Below are positions 15,001 to 30,100 of a stretch of 64,000 bases of DNA, in pieces (position 1 is the first letter of the stretch; each line of letters begins with the position of its first letter). The DNA comes from Eledone cirrhosa (taxonomy: Eukaryota), in assembly GCA_964016885.1 (NCBI GenBank), contig OZ024740.1, forward strand, positions 279,434,001 through 279,498,000, written 5' to 3'. Made by a program: the position numbers and the translations under genes. Below the pieces are notes generated by a model. That model made no database searches and was not told the origin of the DNA. It saw nothing but the letters and a program-made list of their open reading frames with translations.

Positions 15001-17059
15001 TCGACTTGGAGTGAGAACCTCGACTTGGAGTGAAAACCTCGACTTGGAGTGAGAACCTCGACTTGGAGTGAGAACCTCGACTTGGAGCGAAAACCTCGAC
15101 TTGGAGCGAAAACCTCGACTTGGAGTGAGAACCTCGACTTGGAGTGAGAACCTCGACTTGGAGTGAGAACCTCGACTTGGAGTGAGAACCTCGACTTGGA
15201 GTGAGAACCTCGACTTGGAGTGAAAACCTCGACTTGGAGTGAGAACCTCGACTTGGAATGAGAACCTCGACTTGGAGTGAAAACCTCGACTTGGAGTGAG
15301 AACCTCGACTTGGAGTGAAAACCTCGACTTGGAGTGAGAACCTCGACTTGGAGTGAAAACCTCGACTTGGAGTGTAAACTGCGACTCTGAGTGAAAACCT
15401 CGACTTGGAGTGAGAACCTCGACTTGGAGTGAAAACCTCGACTTGGAGGGAGAACCTCGACTTGGAGTGAGAACCTCGACTTGGAGTGAGAACCTCGACT
15501 TGGAGTGGAAACCTCGACTTGGAGTGAAAACCTCGACTTGGAGTGAAAACCTCGACTTGGAGTGAAAACCTCGACTTGGAGTGAGAACCTCGACTTGGAG
15601 TCTAAACTGCGACTCTGAGTGTAAACTGCGACTCTGAGTGAAAACCTCGACTTGGAGTGAAAACCTCAACTTGGATGGAGAACCTCGACTTGGAGTGAGA
15701 ACCTCGACTTGGAGTGAAAACCTCGACTTGGAGTGAGAACCTCGACTTGGAGTGAAAACCTCGACTTGGAGTGAGAACCTCGACTTGGAGTGAAAACCTC
15801 GACTTGGAGTGAGAACCTCGACTTGGAGTGAAAACCTCGACTTGGAGTGAAAACCTCGACTTGGAGTGAGAACCTCGACTTGGAGTGAGAACCTCGACTT
15901 GGAGTGAGAACCTCGACTTGGAGTGAGAACCTCGACTTGGAGTGAGAACCTCGACTTGGAGTGAAAACCTCGACTTGGAGTGAGAACCTCGACTTGGAAT
16001 GAGAACCTCGACTTGGAGTGAAAACCTCGACTTGGAGTGAGAACCTCGACTTGGAGTGAAAACCTCGACTTGGAGTGAGAACCTCGACTTGGAGTGAAAA
16101 CCTCGACTTGGAGTGTAAACTGCGACTCTGAGTGAAAACCTCGACTTGGAGTGAGAACCTCGACTTGGAGTGAAAACCTCGACTTGGAGGGAGAACCTCG
16201 ACTTGGAGTGAGAACCTCGACTTGGAGTGAAAACCTCGACTTGGAGTGAGAATCTCGACTTGGAGTGAAAACCTCGACTTGGAGTGAGAACCTCGACTTG
16301 GAGTGAAAACCTCGACTTGGAGTGAAAACCTCGACTTGGAGTGAGAACCTCGACTTGGAGTGAAAACCTCGACTTGGAGTGAGAACCTCGACTTGCAGTG
16401 AGAACCTCGACCTGGAGCGAGAACCTCGACTTGGAGTGAGAACCTCGACTTGGAGTGAGAACCTCGACTTGGAGTGAGAACCTCGACTTGGAGTGAGAAC
16501 CTCGACTTGGAGTGAGAACCTCGACTTGGAGTGAGAACCTCGACTTGGAGTGAAAACCTCGACTTGGAGTGAGAACCTCGACTTGGAGTGAGAACCTCGA
16601 CTTGGAGTGAGAACCTCGACTTGGAGTGAGAACCTCGACTTGGAGTGAGAACCTCGACTTGGAGTGAAAACCTCGACTTGGAGTGAGAACCTCGACTTGG
16701 AGTGAAAACCTCGACTTGGAGTGAGAACCTCGACTTGTAGTGAAAACCTCGACTTGGAGTGTAAACTGCGACTCTGAGTGAAAACCTCGACTTGGAGTGA
16801 GAACCTCGACTTGGAGTGAAAACCTCGACTTGGAGTGAAAACCTCGACTTGGAGTGAATACCTCGACTTAGAGTGAAAACCTCGACTTGGAGTGAAAACC
16901 TCGTCTTGGAGTGAGAACCTCGACTTGGAGTGAAAACCTCGACTTGGAGTGAGAACCTCGACTTGGAGTGAAAACCTCGACTTGGAGTGAGAACCTCGAC
17001 TTGGAGTGAAAACCTCGACTTGGAGTGAAAACCTCGACTTGGAGTGAGAACCTCGACTT

Positions 17060-20000
17060 GGAGTGAGAACCTCGACTTGGAGTGAGAACCTCGACTTGGA
17101 GTGAGAACCTCGACTTGGAGTGAGAACCTCGACTTGGAGTGTAAACTGCGACTCTGAGTGAAAACCTCGACTTGGAGTGAGAACCTCGACTTGGAGTGAA
17201 AACCTCGACTTGGAGTGAAAACCTCGACTTGGAGTGAGAACCTCGACTTGGAGTGAAAACCTCGACTTGGAGTGAGAACCTCGACTTGGAGTGAAAACCT
17301 CGACTTGGAGTGAGAACCTCGACTTGGAGTGAAAACCTCGACTTGGAGTGAGAACCTCGACTTGGAGTGAAAACCTCGACTTGGAGTGAGAACCTCGACT
17401 TGGAGTGAAAACCTCGACTTGGAGTGAGAACCTCGACTTGTAGTGAAAACCTCGACTTGGAGTGTAAACTGCGACTCTGAGTGAAAACCTCGACTTGGAG
17501 TGAGAACCTCGACTTGGAGTGAAAACCTCGACTTGGAGTGAAAACCTCGTCTTGGAGTGAGAACCTCGACTTGGAGTGAAAACCTCGACTTGGAGTGAGA
17601 ACCTCGACTTGGAGTGAAAACCTCGACTTGGAGTGAGAACCTCGACTTGGAGTGAGAACCTCGACTTGGAGTGGAAACCTCGACTTGGAGTGAGAACCTC
17701 GACTTGGAGTGGAAACCTCGACTTGGAGTGAAAACCTCGACTTGGAGTGAGAACCTCGACTTGGAGTGAGAACCTCGACTTGGAGTGAGAACCTCGACTT
17801 GGAGTGAGAACCTCGACTTGGAGTGAAAACCTCGACTTGGAGTGAGAACCTCGACTTGGAATGAGAACCTCGACTTGGAGTGAAAACCTCGACTTGGAGT
17901 GAGAACCTCGACTTGGAGTGAAAACCTCGACTTGGAGTGAGAACCTCGACTTGGAGTGAAAACCTCGACTTGGAGTGTAAACTGCGACTCTGAGTGAAAA
18001 CCTCGACTTGGAGTGAGAACCTCGACTTGGAGTGAAAACCTCGACTTGGAGGGAGAACCTCGACTTGGAGTGAGAACCTCGACTTGGAGTGAAAACCTCG
18101 ACTTGGAGTGCGAATCTCGACTTGGAGTGAAAACCTCGACTTGGAGTGAGAACCTCGACTTGGAGTGAAAACCTCGACTTGGAGTGAAAACCTCGACTTG
18201 GAGTGAGAACCTCGACTTGGAGTGAAAACCTCGACTTGGAGTGAGAACCTCGACTTGCAGTGAGAACCTCGACCTGGAGCGAGAACCTCGACTTGGAGTG
18301 AGAACCTCGACTTGGAGTGAGAACCTCGACTTGGAGTGAGAACCTCGACTTGGAGTGAGAACCTCGACTTGGAGTGAGAACCTCGACTTGGAGTGAGAAC
18401 CTCGACTTGGAGTGAAAACCTCGACTTGGAGTGAGAACCTCGACTTGGAGTGAGAACCTCGACTTGGAGTGAGAACCTCGACTTGGAGTGAGAACCTCGA
18501 CTTGGAGTTAAAACCTCGACTTGGAGTGAGAACCTCGACTTGGAGTGAGAACCTCGACTTGGAGTGAAAACCTCGACTTGGCGTGAGAACCTCGACTTGG
18601 AGTGAAAACCTCGACTTGGAGTGAGAACCTCGACTTGGAGTGAAAACCTCGACTTGGAGTGAGAACCTCGACTTGGAGTGAAAACCTCGACTTGGAGTGA
18701 GAACCTCGACTTGTAGTGAAAACCTCGACTTGGAGTGTAAACTGCGACTCTGAGTGAAAACCTCGACTTGGAGTGAGAACCTCGACTTGGAGTGAAAACC
18801 TCGACTTGGAGTGAAAACCTCGACTTGGAGTGAAAACCTCGACTTGGAGTGAAAACCTCGACTTGGAGTGAAAACCTCGTCTTGGAGTGAGAACCTCGAC
18901 TTGGAGTGAAAACCTCGACTTGGAGTGAGAACCTCGACTTGGAGTGAAAACCTCGACTTGGAGTGAGAACCTCGACTTGGAGTGGAAACCTCGACTTGGA
19001 GTGAAAACCTCGACTTGGAGTGAAAACCTCGACTTGGAGTGAGAACCTCGACTTGGAGTGAGAACCTCGACTTGGAGTGAGAACCTCGACTTGGAGTGAG
19101 AACCTCGACTTGGAGTGAGAACCTCGACTTGGAGTGTAAACTGCGACTCTGAGTGAAAACCTCGACTTGGAGTGAGAACCTCGACTTGGAGTGAGAACCT
19201 CGACTTGGAGTGAGAACCTCGACTTGGAGTGAGAACCTCGACTTGGAGTGAAAACCTCGACTTGGAGTGAGAACCTCGACTTGGAATGAGAACCTCGACT
19301 TGGAGTGAAAACCTCGACTTGGAGTGAGAACCTCGACTTGGAGTGAAAACCTCGACTTGGAGTGAGAACCTCGACTTGGAGTGAAAACCTCGACTTGGAG
19401 TGTAAACTGCGACTCTGAGTGAAAACCTCGACTTGGAGTGAGAACCTCGACTTGGAGTGAAAACCTCGACTTGGAGGGAGAACCTCGACTTGGAGTGAGA
19501 ACCTCGACTTGGAGTGAGAACCTCGACTTGGAGTGGAAACCTCGACTTGGAGTGAAAACCTCGACTTGGAGTGAAAACCTCGACTTGGAGTGAAAACCTC
19601 GACTTGGAGTGAGAACCTCGACTTGGAGTCTAAACTGCGACTCTGAGTGTAAACTGCGACTCTGAGTGAAAACCTCGACTTGGAGTGAAAACCTCAACTT
19701 GGATGGAGAACCTCGACTTGGAGTGAGAACCTCGACTTGGAGTGAAAACCTCGACTTGGAGTGAGAACCTCGACTTGGAGTGAAAACCTCGACTTGGAGT
19801 GAGAACCTCGACTTGGAGTGAAAACCTCGACTTGGAGTGAGAACCTCGACTTGGAGTGAAAACCTCGACTTGGAGTGAGAACCTCGACTTGGAGTGAAAA
19901 CCTCGACTTGGAGTGAAAACCTCGACTTGGAGTGAGAACCTCGACTTGGAGTGAGAACCTCGACTTGGAGTGAGAACCTCGACTTGGAGTGAGAACCTCG

Positions 20001-22800
20001 ACTTGGAGTGAGAACCTCGACTTGGAGTGTAAACTGCGACTCTGAGTGAAAACCTCGACTTGGAGTGAGAACCTCGACTTGGAGTGAAAACCTCGACTTG
20101 GAGTGAAAACCTCGACTTGGAGTGAGAACCTCGACTTGGAGTGAAAACCTCGACTTGGAGTGAGAACCTCGACTTGGAGTGAAAACCTCGACTTGGAGTG
20201 AGAACCTCGACTTGGAGTGAAAACCTCGACTTGGAGTGAGAACCTCGACTTGGAGTGAAAACCTCGACTTGGAGTGAGAACCTCGACTTGGAGTGAAAAC
20301 CTCGACTTGGAGTGAGAACCTCGACTTGTAGTGAAAACCTCGACTTGGAGTGTAAACTGCGACTCTGAGTGAAAACCTCGACTTGGAGTGAGAACCTCGA
20401 CTTGGAGTGAAAACCTCGACTTGGAGTGAAAACCTCGTCTTGGAGTGAGAACCTCGACTTGGAGTGAAAACCTCGACTTGGAGTGAGAACCTCGACTTGG
20501 AGTGAAAACCTCGACTTGGAGTGAGAACCTCGACTTGGAGTGAGAACCTCGACTTGGAGTGGAAACCTCGACTTGGAGTGAGAACCTCGACTTGGAGTGG
20601 AAACCTCGACTTGGAGTGAAAACCTCGACTTGGAGTGAGAACCTCGACTTGGAGTGAGAACCTCGACTTGGAGTGAGAACCTCGACTTGGAGTGAGAACC
20701 TCGACTTGGAGTGAAAACCTCGACTTGGAGTGAGAACCTCGACTTGGAATGAGAACCTCGACTTGGAGTGTAAACCTCGACTTGGAGTGAGAACCTCGAC
20801 TTGGAGTGAAAACCTCGACTTGGAGTGAGAACCTCGACTTGGAGTGAAAACCTCGACTTGGAGTGTAAACTGCGACTCTGAGTGAAAACCTCGACTTGGA
20901 GTGAGAACCTCGACTTGGAGTGAAAACCTCGACTTGGAGGGAGAACCTCGACTTGGAGTGAGAACCTCGACTTGGAGTGAAAACCTCGACTTGGAGTGCG
21001 AATCTCGACTTGGAGTGAAAACCTCGACTTGGAGTGAGAACCTCGACTTGGAGTGAAAACCTCGACTTGGAGTGAAAACCTCGACTTGGAGTGAGAACCT
21101 CGACTTGGAGTGAAAACCTCGACTTGGAGTGAGAACCTCGACTTGCAGTGAGAACCTCGACCTGGAGCGAGAACCTCGACTTGGAGTGAGAACCTCGACT
21201 TGGAGTGAGAACCTCGACTTGGAGTGAGAACCTCGACTTGGAGTGAGAACCTCGACTTGGAGTGAGAACCTCGACTTGGAGTGAGAACCTCGACTTGGAG
21301 TGAAAACCTCGACTTGGAGTGAGAACCTCGACTTGGAGTGAGAACCTCGACTTGGAGTGAGAACCTCGACTTGGAGTGAGAACCTCGACTTGGAGTTAAA
21401 ACCTCGACTTGGAGTGAGAACCTCGACTTGGAGTGAGAACCTCGACTTGGAGTGAAAACCTCGACTTGGCGTGAGAACCTCGACTTGGAGTGAAAACCTC
21501 GACTTGGAGTGAGAACCTCGACTTGGAGTGAAAACCTCGACTTGGAGTGAGAACCTCGACTTGGAGTGAAAACCTCGACTTGGAGTGAGAACCTCGACTT
21601 GTAGTGAAAACCTCGACTTGGAGTGTAAACTGCGACTCTGAGTGAAAACCTCGACTTGGAGTGAGAACCTCGACTTGGAGTGAAAACCTCGACTTGGAGT
21701 GAAAACCTCGACTTGGAGTGAAAACCTCGACTTGGAGTGAAAACCTCGACTTGGAGTGAAAACCTCGTCTTGGAGTGAGAACCTCGACTTGGAGTGAAAA
21801 CCTCGACTTGGAGTGAGAACCTCGACTTGGAGTGAAAACCTCGACTTGGAGTGAGAACCTCGACTTGGAGTGGAAACCTCGACTTGGAGTGAAAACCTCG
21901 ACTTGGAGTGAAAACCTCGACTTGGAGTGAGAACCTCGACTTGGAGTGAGAACCTCGACTTGGAGTGAGAACCTCGACTTGGAGTGAGAACCTCGACTTG
22001 GAGTGAGAACCTCGACTTGGAGTGTAAACTGCGACTCTGAGTGAAAACCTCGACTTGGAGTGAGAACCTCGACTTGGAGTGAGAACCTCGACTTGGAGTG
22101 AGAACCTCGACTTGGAGTGAGAACCTCGACTTGGAGTGAAAACCTCGACTTGGAGTGAGAACCTCGACTTGGAATGAGAACCTCGACTTGGAGTGAAAAC
22201 CTCGACTTGGAGTGAGAACCTCGACTTGGAGTGAAAACCTCGACTTGGAGTGAGAACCTCGACTTGGAGTGAAAACCTCGACTTGGAGTGTAAACTGCGA
22301 CTCTGAGTGAAAACCTCGACTTGGAGTGAGAACCTCGACTTGGAGTGAAAACCTCGACTTGGAGGGAGAACCTCGACTTGGAGTGAGAACCTCGACTTGG
22401 AGTGAGAACCTCGACTTGGAGTGGAAACCTCGACTTGGAGTGAAAACCTCGACTTGGAGTGAAAACCTCGACTTGGAGTGAAAACCTCGACTTGGAGTGA
22501 GAACCTCGACTTGGAGTCTAAACTGCGACTCTGAGTGTAAACTGCGACTCTGAGTGAAAACCTCGACTTGGAGTGAAAACCTCAACTTGGATGGAGAACC
22601 TCGACTTGGAGTGAGAACCTCGACTTGGAGTGAAAACCTCGACTTGGAGTGAGAACCTCGACTTGGAGTGAAAACCTCGACTTGGAGTGAGAACCTCGAC
22701 TTGGAGTGAAAACCTCGACTTGGAGTGAGAACCTCGACTTGGAGTGAAAACCTCGACTTGGAGTGAAAACCTCGACTTGGAGTGAGAACCTCGACTTGGA
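17060..22800. repeat. Tandem higher-order duplication in array A, period 2,888 bp (152 monomers)
   Basis: Marker monomers recur at exactly +2888: 17139/20027, 17462/20350, 17975/20863, 18108/20996 (GTGCGAATC), 18735/21623, 19134/22022, 19400/22288, 19628/22516. Ends are approximate. Confidence 0.9.
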
Positions 22801-25800
22801 GTGAGAACCTCGACTTGGAGTGAGAACCTCGACTTGGAGTGAGAACCTCGACTTGGAGTGAGAACCTCGACTTGGAGTGAAAACCTCGACTTGGAGTGAG
22901 AACCTCGACTTGGAATGAGAACCTCGACTTGGAGTGAAAACCTCGACTTGGAGTGAGAACCTCGACTTGGAGTGAAAACCTCGACTTGGAGTGAGAACCT
23001 CGACTTGGAGTGAAAACCTCGACTTGGAGTGTAAACTGCGACTCTGAGTGAAAACCTCGACTTGGAGTGAGAACCTCGACTTGGAGTGAAAACCTCGACT
23101 TGGAGGGAGAACCTCGACTTGGAGTGAGAACCTCGACTTGGAGTGAAAACCTCGACTTGGAGTGAGAATCTCGACTTGGAGTGAAAACCTCGACTTGGAG
23201 TGAGAACCTCGACTTGGAGTGAAAACCTCGACTTGGAGTGAAAACCTCGACTTGGAGTGAGAACCTCGACTTGGAGTGAAAACCTCGACTTGGAGTGAGA
23301 ACCTCGACTTGCAGTGAGAACCTCGACCTGGAGCGAGAACCTCGACTTGGAGTGAGAACCTCGACTTGGAGTGAGAACCTCGACTTGGAGTGAGAACCTC
23401 GACTTGGAGTGAGAACCTCGACTTGGAGTGAGAACCTCGACTTGGAGTGAAAACCTCGACTTGGAGTGAGAACCTCGACTTGGAGTGAGAACCTCGACTT
23501 GGAGTGAGAACCTCGACTTGGAGTTAAAACCTCGACTTGGAGTGAGAACCTCGACTTGGAGTGAGAACCTCGACTTGGAGTGAAAACCTCGACTTGGCGT
23601 GAGAACCTCGACTTGGAGTGAAAACCTCGACTTGGAGTGAGAACCTCGACTTGGAGTGAAAACCTCGACTTGGAGTGAGAACCTCGACTTGGAGTGAAAA
23701 CCTCGACTTGGAGTGAGAACCTCGACTTGTAGTGAAAACCTCGACTTGGAGTGTAAACTGCGACTCTGAGTGAAAACCTCGACTTGGAGTGAGAACCTCG
23801 ACTTGGAGTGAAAACCTCGACTTGGAGTGAAAACCTCGACTTGGAGTGAAAACCTCGACTTGGAGTGAAAACCTCGTCTTGGAGTGAGAACCTCGACTTG
23901 GAGTGAAAACCTCGACTTGGAGTGAGAACCTCGACTTGGAGTGAAAACCTCGACTTGGAGTGAGAACCTCGACTTGGAGTGAAAACCTCGACTTGGAGTG
24001 AAAACCTCGACTTGGAGTGAGAACCTCGACTTGGAGTGAGAACCTCGACTTGGAGTGAGAACCTCGACTTGGAGTGAGAACCTCGACTTGGAGTGAGAAC
24101 CTCGACTTGGAGTGTAAACTGCGACTCTGAGTGAAAACCTCGACTTGGAGTGAGAACCTCGACTTGGAGTGAAAACCTCGACTTGGAGTGAAAACCTCGA
24201 CTTGGAGTGAGAACCTCGACTTGGAGTGAAAACCTCGACTTGGAGTGAGAACCTCGACTTGGAGTGAAAACCTCGACTTGGAGTGAGAACCTCAACTTGG
24301 AGTGAAAACCTCGACTTGGAGTGAGAACCTCGACTTGGAGTGAAAACCTCGACTTGGAGTGAGAACCTCGACTTGGAGTGAAAACCTCGACTTGGAGTGA
24401 GAACCTCGACTTGTAGTGAAAACCTCGACTTGGAGTGTAAACTGCGACTCTGAGTGAAAACCTCGACTTGGAGTGAGAACCTCGACTTGGAGTGAAAACC
24501 TCGACTTGGAGTGAAAACCTCGTCTTGGAGTGAGAACCTCGACTTGGAGTGAAAACCTCGACTTGGAGTGAGAACCTCGACTTGGAGTGAAAACCTCGAC
24601 TTGGAGTGAGAACCTCGACTTGGAGTGAGAACCTCGACTTGGAGTGGAAACCTCGACTTGGAGTGAGAACCTCGACTTGGAGTGGAAACCTCGACTTGGA
24701 GTGAAAACCTCGACTTGGAGTGAGAACCTCGACTTGGAGTGAGAACCTCGACTTGGAGTGAGAACCTCGACTTGGAGTGAGAACCTCGACTTGGAGTGAA
24801 AACCTCGACTTGGAGTGAGAACCTCGACTTGGAATGAGAACCTCGACTTGGAGTGAAAACCTCGACTTGGAGTGAGAACCTCGACTTGGAGTGAAAACCT
24901 CGACTTGGAGTGAGAACCTCGACTTGGAGTGAAAACCTCGACTTGGAGTGTAAACTGCGACTCTGAGTGAAAACCTCGACTTGGAGTGAGAACCTCGACT
25001 TGGAGTGAAAACCTCGACTTGGAGGGAGAACCTCGACTTGGAGTGAGAACCTCGACTTGGAGTGAAAACCTCGACTTGGAGTGCGAATCTCGACTTGGAG
25101 TGAAAACCTCGACTTGGAGTGAGAACCTCGACTTGGAGTGAAAACCTCGACTTGGAGTGAAAACCTCGACTTGGAGTGAGAACCTCGACTTGGAGTGAAA
25201 ACCTCGACTTGGAGTGAGAACCTCGACTTGCAGTGAGAACCTCGACCTGGAGCGAGAACCTCGACTTGGAGTGAGAACCTCGACTTGGAGTGAGAACCTC
25301 GACTTGGAGTGAGAACCTCGACTTGGAGTGAGAACCTCGACTTGGAGTGAGAACCTCGACTTGGAGTGAAAACCTCGACTTGGAGTGAGAACCTCGACTT
25401 GGAGTGAGAACCTCGACTTGGAGTGAGAACCTCGACTTGGAGTGAGAACCTCGACTTGGAGTTAAAACCTCGACTTGGAGTGAGAACCTCGACTTGGAGT
25501 GAGAACCTCGACTTGGAGTGAAAACCTCGACTTGGCGTGAGAACCTCGACTTGGAGTGAAAACCTCGACTTGGAGTGAGAACCTCGACTTGGAGTGAAAA
25601 CCTCGACTTGGAGTGAGAACCTCGACTTGGAGTGAAAACCTCGACTTGGAGTGAGAACCTCGACTTGTAGTGAAAACCTCGACTTGGAGTGTAAACTGCG
25701 ACTCTGAGTGAAAACCTCGACTTGGAGTGAGAACCTCGACTTGGAGTGAAAACCTCGACTTGGAGTGAAAACCTCGACTTGGAGTGAAAACCTCGACTTG

Positions 25801-27094
25801 GAGTGAAAACCTCGACTTGGAGTGAAAACCTCGTCTTGGAGTGAGAACCTCGACTTGGAGTGAAAACCTCGACTTGGAGTGAGAACCTCGACTTGGAGTG
25901 AAAACCTCGACTTGGAGTGAGAACCTCGACTTGGAGTGGAAACCTCGACTTGGAGTGAAAACCTCGACTTGGAGTGAAAACCTCGACTTGGAGTGAGAAC
26001 CTCGACTTGGAGTGAGAACCTCGACTTGGAGTGAGAACCTCGACTTGGAGTGAGAACCTCGACTTGGAGTGAGAACCTCGACTTGGAGTGTAAACTGCGA
26101 CTCTGAGTGAAAACCTCGACTTGGAGTGAGAACCTCGACTTCGAGTGAAAACCTCGACTTGGAGTGAAAACCTCGACTTGGAGTGAGAACCTCGACTTGG
26201 AGTGAAAACCTCGACTTGGAGTGAGAACCTCGACTTGGAGTGAAAACCTCGACTTGGAGTGAGAACCTCGACTTGGAGTGAAAACCTCGACTTGGAGTGA
26301 AAACCTCGACTTGGAGTGATAACCTCGACTTGGAGTGAAAACCTCGACTTGGAGTGAGAACCTCGACTTGTAGTGAAAACCTCGACTTGGAGTGTAAACT
26401 GCGACTCTGAGTGAAAACCTCGACTTGGAGTGAGAACCTCGACTTGGAGTGAAAACCTCGACTTGGAGTGAAAACCTCGTCTTGGAGTGAGAACCTCGAC
26501 TTGGAGTGAAAACCTCGACTTGGAGTGAGAACCTCGACTTGGAGTGAGAACCTCGACTTGGAGTGGAAACCTCGACTTGGAGTGAGAACCTCGACTTGGA
26601 GTGGAAACCTCGACTTGGAGTGAAAACCTCGACTTGGAGTGAGAACCTCGACTTGGAGTGAGAACCTCGACTTGGAGTGAGAACCTCGACTTGGAGTGAG
26701 AACCTCGACTTGGAATGAGAACCTCGACTTGGAGTGTAAACTGCGACTCTGAGTGAAAATCTCGACTTGGAGTGAGAACCTCGACTTGGAGTGAAAACCT
26801 CGACTTGGAGTGAAAACCTCGACTTGGAGTGAGAACCTCGACTTGGAGTGAAAACCTCGACTTGGAGTGAGAACCTCGACTTGGAGTGAAAACCTCGACT
26901 TGGAGTGAGAACCTCGACTTGGAGTGAAAACCTCGACTTGGAGTGAGAACCTCGAGTTGGAGTGAAAACCTCGACTTGGAGTGAGAACCTCGACTTGGAG
27001 TGAAAACCTCGACTTGGAGTGAGAACCTCGACTTGGAGTGAGAACCTCGACTTGGAGTGAAAACCTCGACTTGGAGTGAGAACCTCGACTTGGA

Positions 27095-30000
27095 GTCTAA
27101 ACTGCGACTCTGAGTGTAAACTGCGACTCTGAGTGAAAACCTCGACTTGGAGTGAAAACCTCAACTTGGATGGAGAACCTCGACTTGGAGTGAGAACCTC
27201 GACTTGGAGTGAAAACCTCGACTTGGAGTGAGAACCTCGACTTGGAGTGAAAACCTCGACTTGGAGTGAGAACCTCGACTTGGAGTGAAAACCTCGACTT
27301 GGAGTGAGAACCTCGACTTGGAGTGAAAACCTCGACTTGGAGCGAAAACCTCGACTTGGAGTGAGAACCTCGACTTGGAGTGAGAACCTCGACTTGGAGT
27401 GAGAACCTCGACTTGGAGTGAGAACCTCGACTTGGAGTGAGAACCTCGACTTGGAGTGAAAACCTCGACTTGGAGTGAGAACCTCGACTTGGAATGAGAA
27501 CCTCGACTTGGAGTGAAAACCTCGACTTGGAGTGAGAACCTCGACTTGGAGTGAGAACCTCGACTTGGAGTGAAAACCTCGACTTGGAGTGTAAACTGCG
27601 ACTCTGAGTGAAAACCTCGACTTGGAGTGAGAACCTCGACTTGGAGTGAAAACCTCGACTTGGAGGGAGAACCTCGACTTGGAGTGAGAACCTCGACTTG
27701 GAGTGAGAACCTCGACTTGGAGTGGAAACCTCGACTTGGAGTGAAAACCTCGACTTGGAGTGAAAACCTCGACTTGGAGTGAAAACCTCGACTTGGAGTG
27801 AGAACCTCGACTTGGAGTCTAAACTGCGACTCTGAGTGTAAACTGCGACTCTGAGTGAAAACCTCGACTTGGAGTGAAAACCTCGTCTTGGAGTGAGAAC
27901 CTCGACTTGGAGTGAAAACCTCGACTTGGAGTGAGAACCTCGACTTGGAGTGAAAACCTCGACTTGGAGTGAGAACCTCGACTTGGAGTGGAAACCTCGA
28001 CTTGGAGTGAAAACCTCGACTTGGAGTGAAAACCTCGACTTGGAGTGAGAACCTCGACTTGGAGTGAGAACCTCGACTTGGAGTGAGAACCTCGACTTGG
28101 AGTGAGAACCTCGACTTGGAGTGAGAACCTCGACTTGGAGTGTAAACTGCGACTCTGAGTGAAAACCTCGACTTGGAGTGAGAACCTCGACTTGGAGTGA
28201 AAACCTCGACTTGGAGTGAAAACCTCGACTTGGAGTGAGAACCTCGACTTGGAGTGAAAACCTCGACTTGGAGTGAGAACCTCGACTTGGAGTGAAAACC
28301 TCGACTTGGAGTGAGAACCTCGACTTGGAGTGAAAACCTCGACTTGGAGTGAGAACCTCGACTTGGAGTGAAAACCTCGACTTGGAGTGAGAACCTCGAC
28401 TTGGAGTGAAAACCTCGACTTGGAGTGAGAACCTCGACTTGTAGTGAAAACCTCGACTTGGAGTGTAAACTGCGACTCTGAGTGAAAACCTCGACTTGGA
28501 GTGAGAACCTCGACTTGGAGTGAAAACCTCGACTTGGAGTGAAAACCTCGTCTTGGAGTGAAAACCTCGACTTGCAGTGAAAACCTCGACTTGGAGTGAG
28601 AACCTCGACTTGGAGTGAGAACCTCGACTTGGAGTGGAAACCTCGACTTGGAGTGAGAACCTCGACTTGGAGTGGAAACCTCGACTTGGAGTGAAAACCT
28701 CGACTTGGAGTGAGAACCTCGACTTGGAGTGAGAACCTCGACTTGGAGTGAGAACCTCGACTTGGAGTGAGAACCTCGACTTGGAATGAGAACCTCGACT
28801 TGGAGTGTAAACTGCGACTCTGAGTGAAAATCTCGACTTGGAGTGAGAACCTCGACTTGGAGTGAAAACCTCGACTTGGAGTGAAACCCTCGACTTGGAG
28901 TGAGAACCTCGACTTGGAGTGAAAACCTCGACTTGGAGTGAGAACCTCGACTTGGAGTGAAAACCTCGACTTGGAGTGAGAACCTCGACTTGGAGTGAAA
29001 ACCTCGACTTGGAGTGAGAACCTCGAGTTGGAGTGAAAACCTCGACTTGGAGTGAGAACCTCGACTTGGAGTGAAAACCTCGACTTGGAGTGAGAACCTC
29101 GACTTGGAGTGAGAACCTCGACTTGGAGTGAAAACCTCGACTTGGAGTGAGAACCTCGACTTGGAGTGAGAACCTCGACTTGGAGTGAAAACCTCGACTT
29201 GGAGTGAAAACCTCGACTTGGAGTGAAAACCTCGACTTGGAGTGAGAACCTCGACTTGGAGTGAGAACCTCGACTTGGAGTGAAAACCTCGACTTGGAGT
29301 GAGAACCTCGACTTGGAGTCTAAACTGCGACTCTGAGTGTAAACTGCGACTCTGAGTGAAAACCTCGACTTGGAGTGAAAACCTCAACTTGGATGGAGAA
29401 CCTCGACTTGGAGTGAGAACCTCGACTTGGAGTGAAAACCTCGACTTTGAGTGAGAACCTCGACTTGGAGTGAAAACCTCGACTTGGAGTGAGAACCGCG
29501 ACTTGGAGTGAAAACCTCGACTTGGAGTGAGAACCTCGACTTGGAGTGAAAACCTCGACTTGGAGCGAAAACCTCGACTTGGAGTGAGAACCTCGACTTG
29601 GAGTGAGAACCTCGACTTGGAGTGAGAACCTCGACTTGGAGTGAGAACCTCGACTTGGAGTGAGAACCTCGACTTGGAGTGAAAACCTCGACTTGGAGTG
29701 AGAACCTCGACTTGGAATGAGAACCTCGACTTGGAGTGAAAACCTCGACTTGGAGTGAGAACCTCGACTTGGAGTGAGAACCTCGACTTGGAGTGAAAAC
29801 CTCGACTTGGAGTGTAAACTGCGACTCTGAGTGAAAACCTCGACTTGGAGTGAGAACCTCGACTTGGAGTGAAAACCTCGACTTGGAGGGAGAACCTCGA
29901 CTTGGAGTGAGAACCTCGACTTGGAGTGAGAACCTCGACTTGGAGTGGAAACCTCGACTTGGAGTGAAAACCTCGACTTGGAGTGAAAACCTCGACTTGG

Positions 30001-30100
30001 AGTGAAAACCTCGACTTGGAGTGAGAACCTCGACTTGGAGTCTAAACTGCGACTCTGAGTGTAAACTGCGACTCTGAGTGAAAACCTCGACTTGGAGTGA
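27095..30100. repeat. Duplicated ~720-bp block in array A (27095-27817 and 29318-30040), offset 2,223 bp (117 monomers)
   Basis: Markers at 27095/29318, 27589/29812 and 27817/30040 share the same offset. Confidence 0.8.
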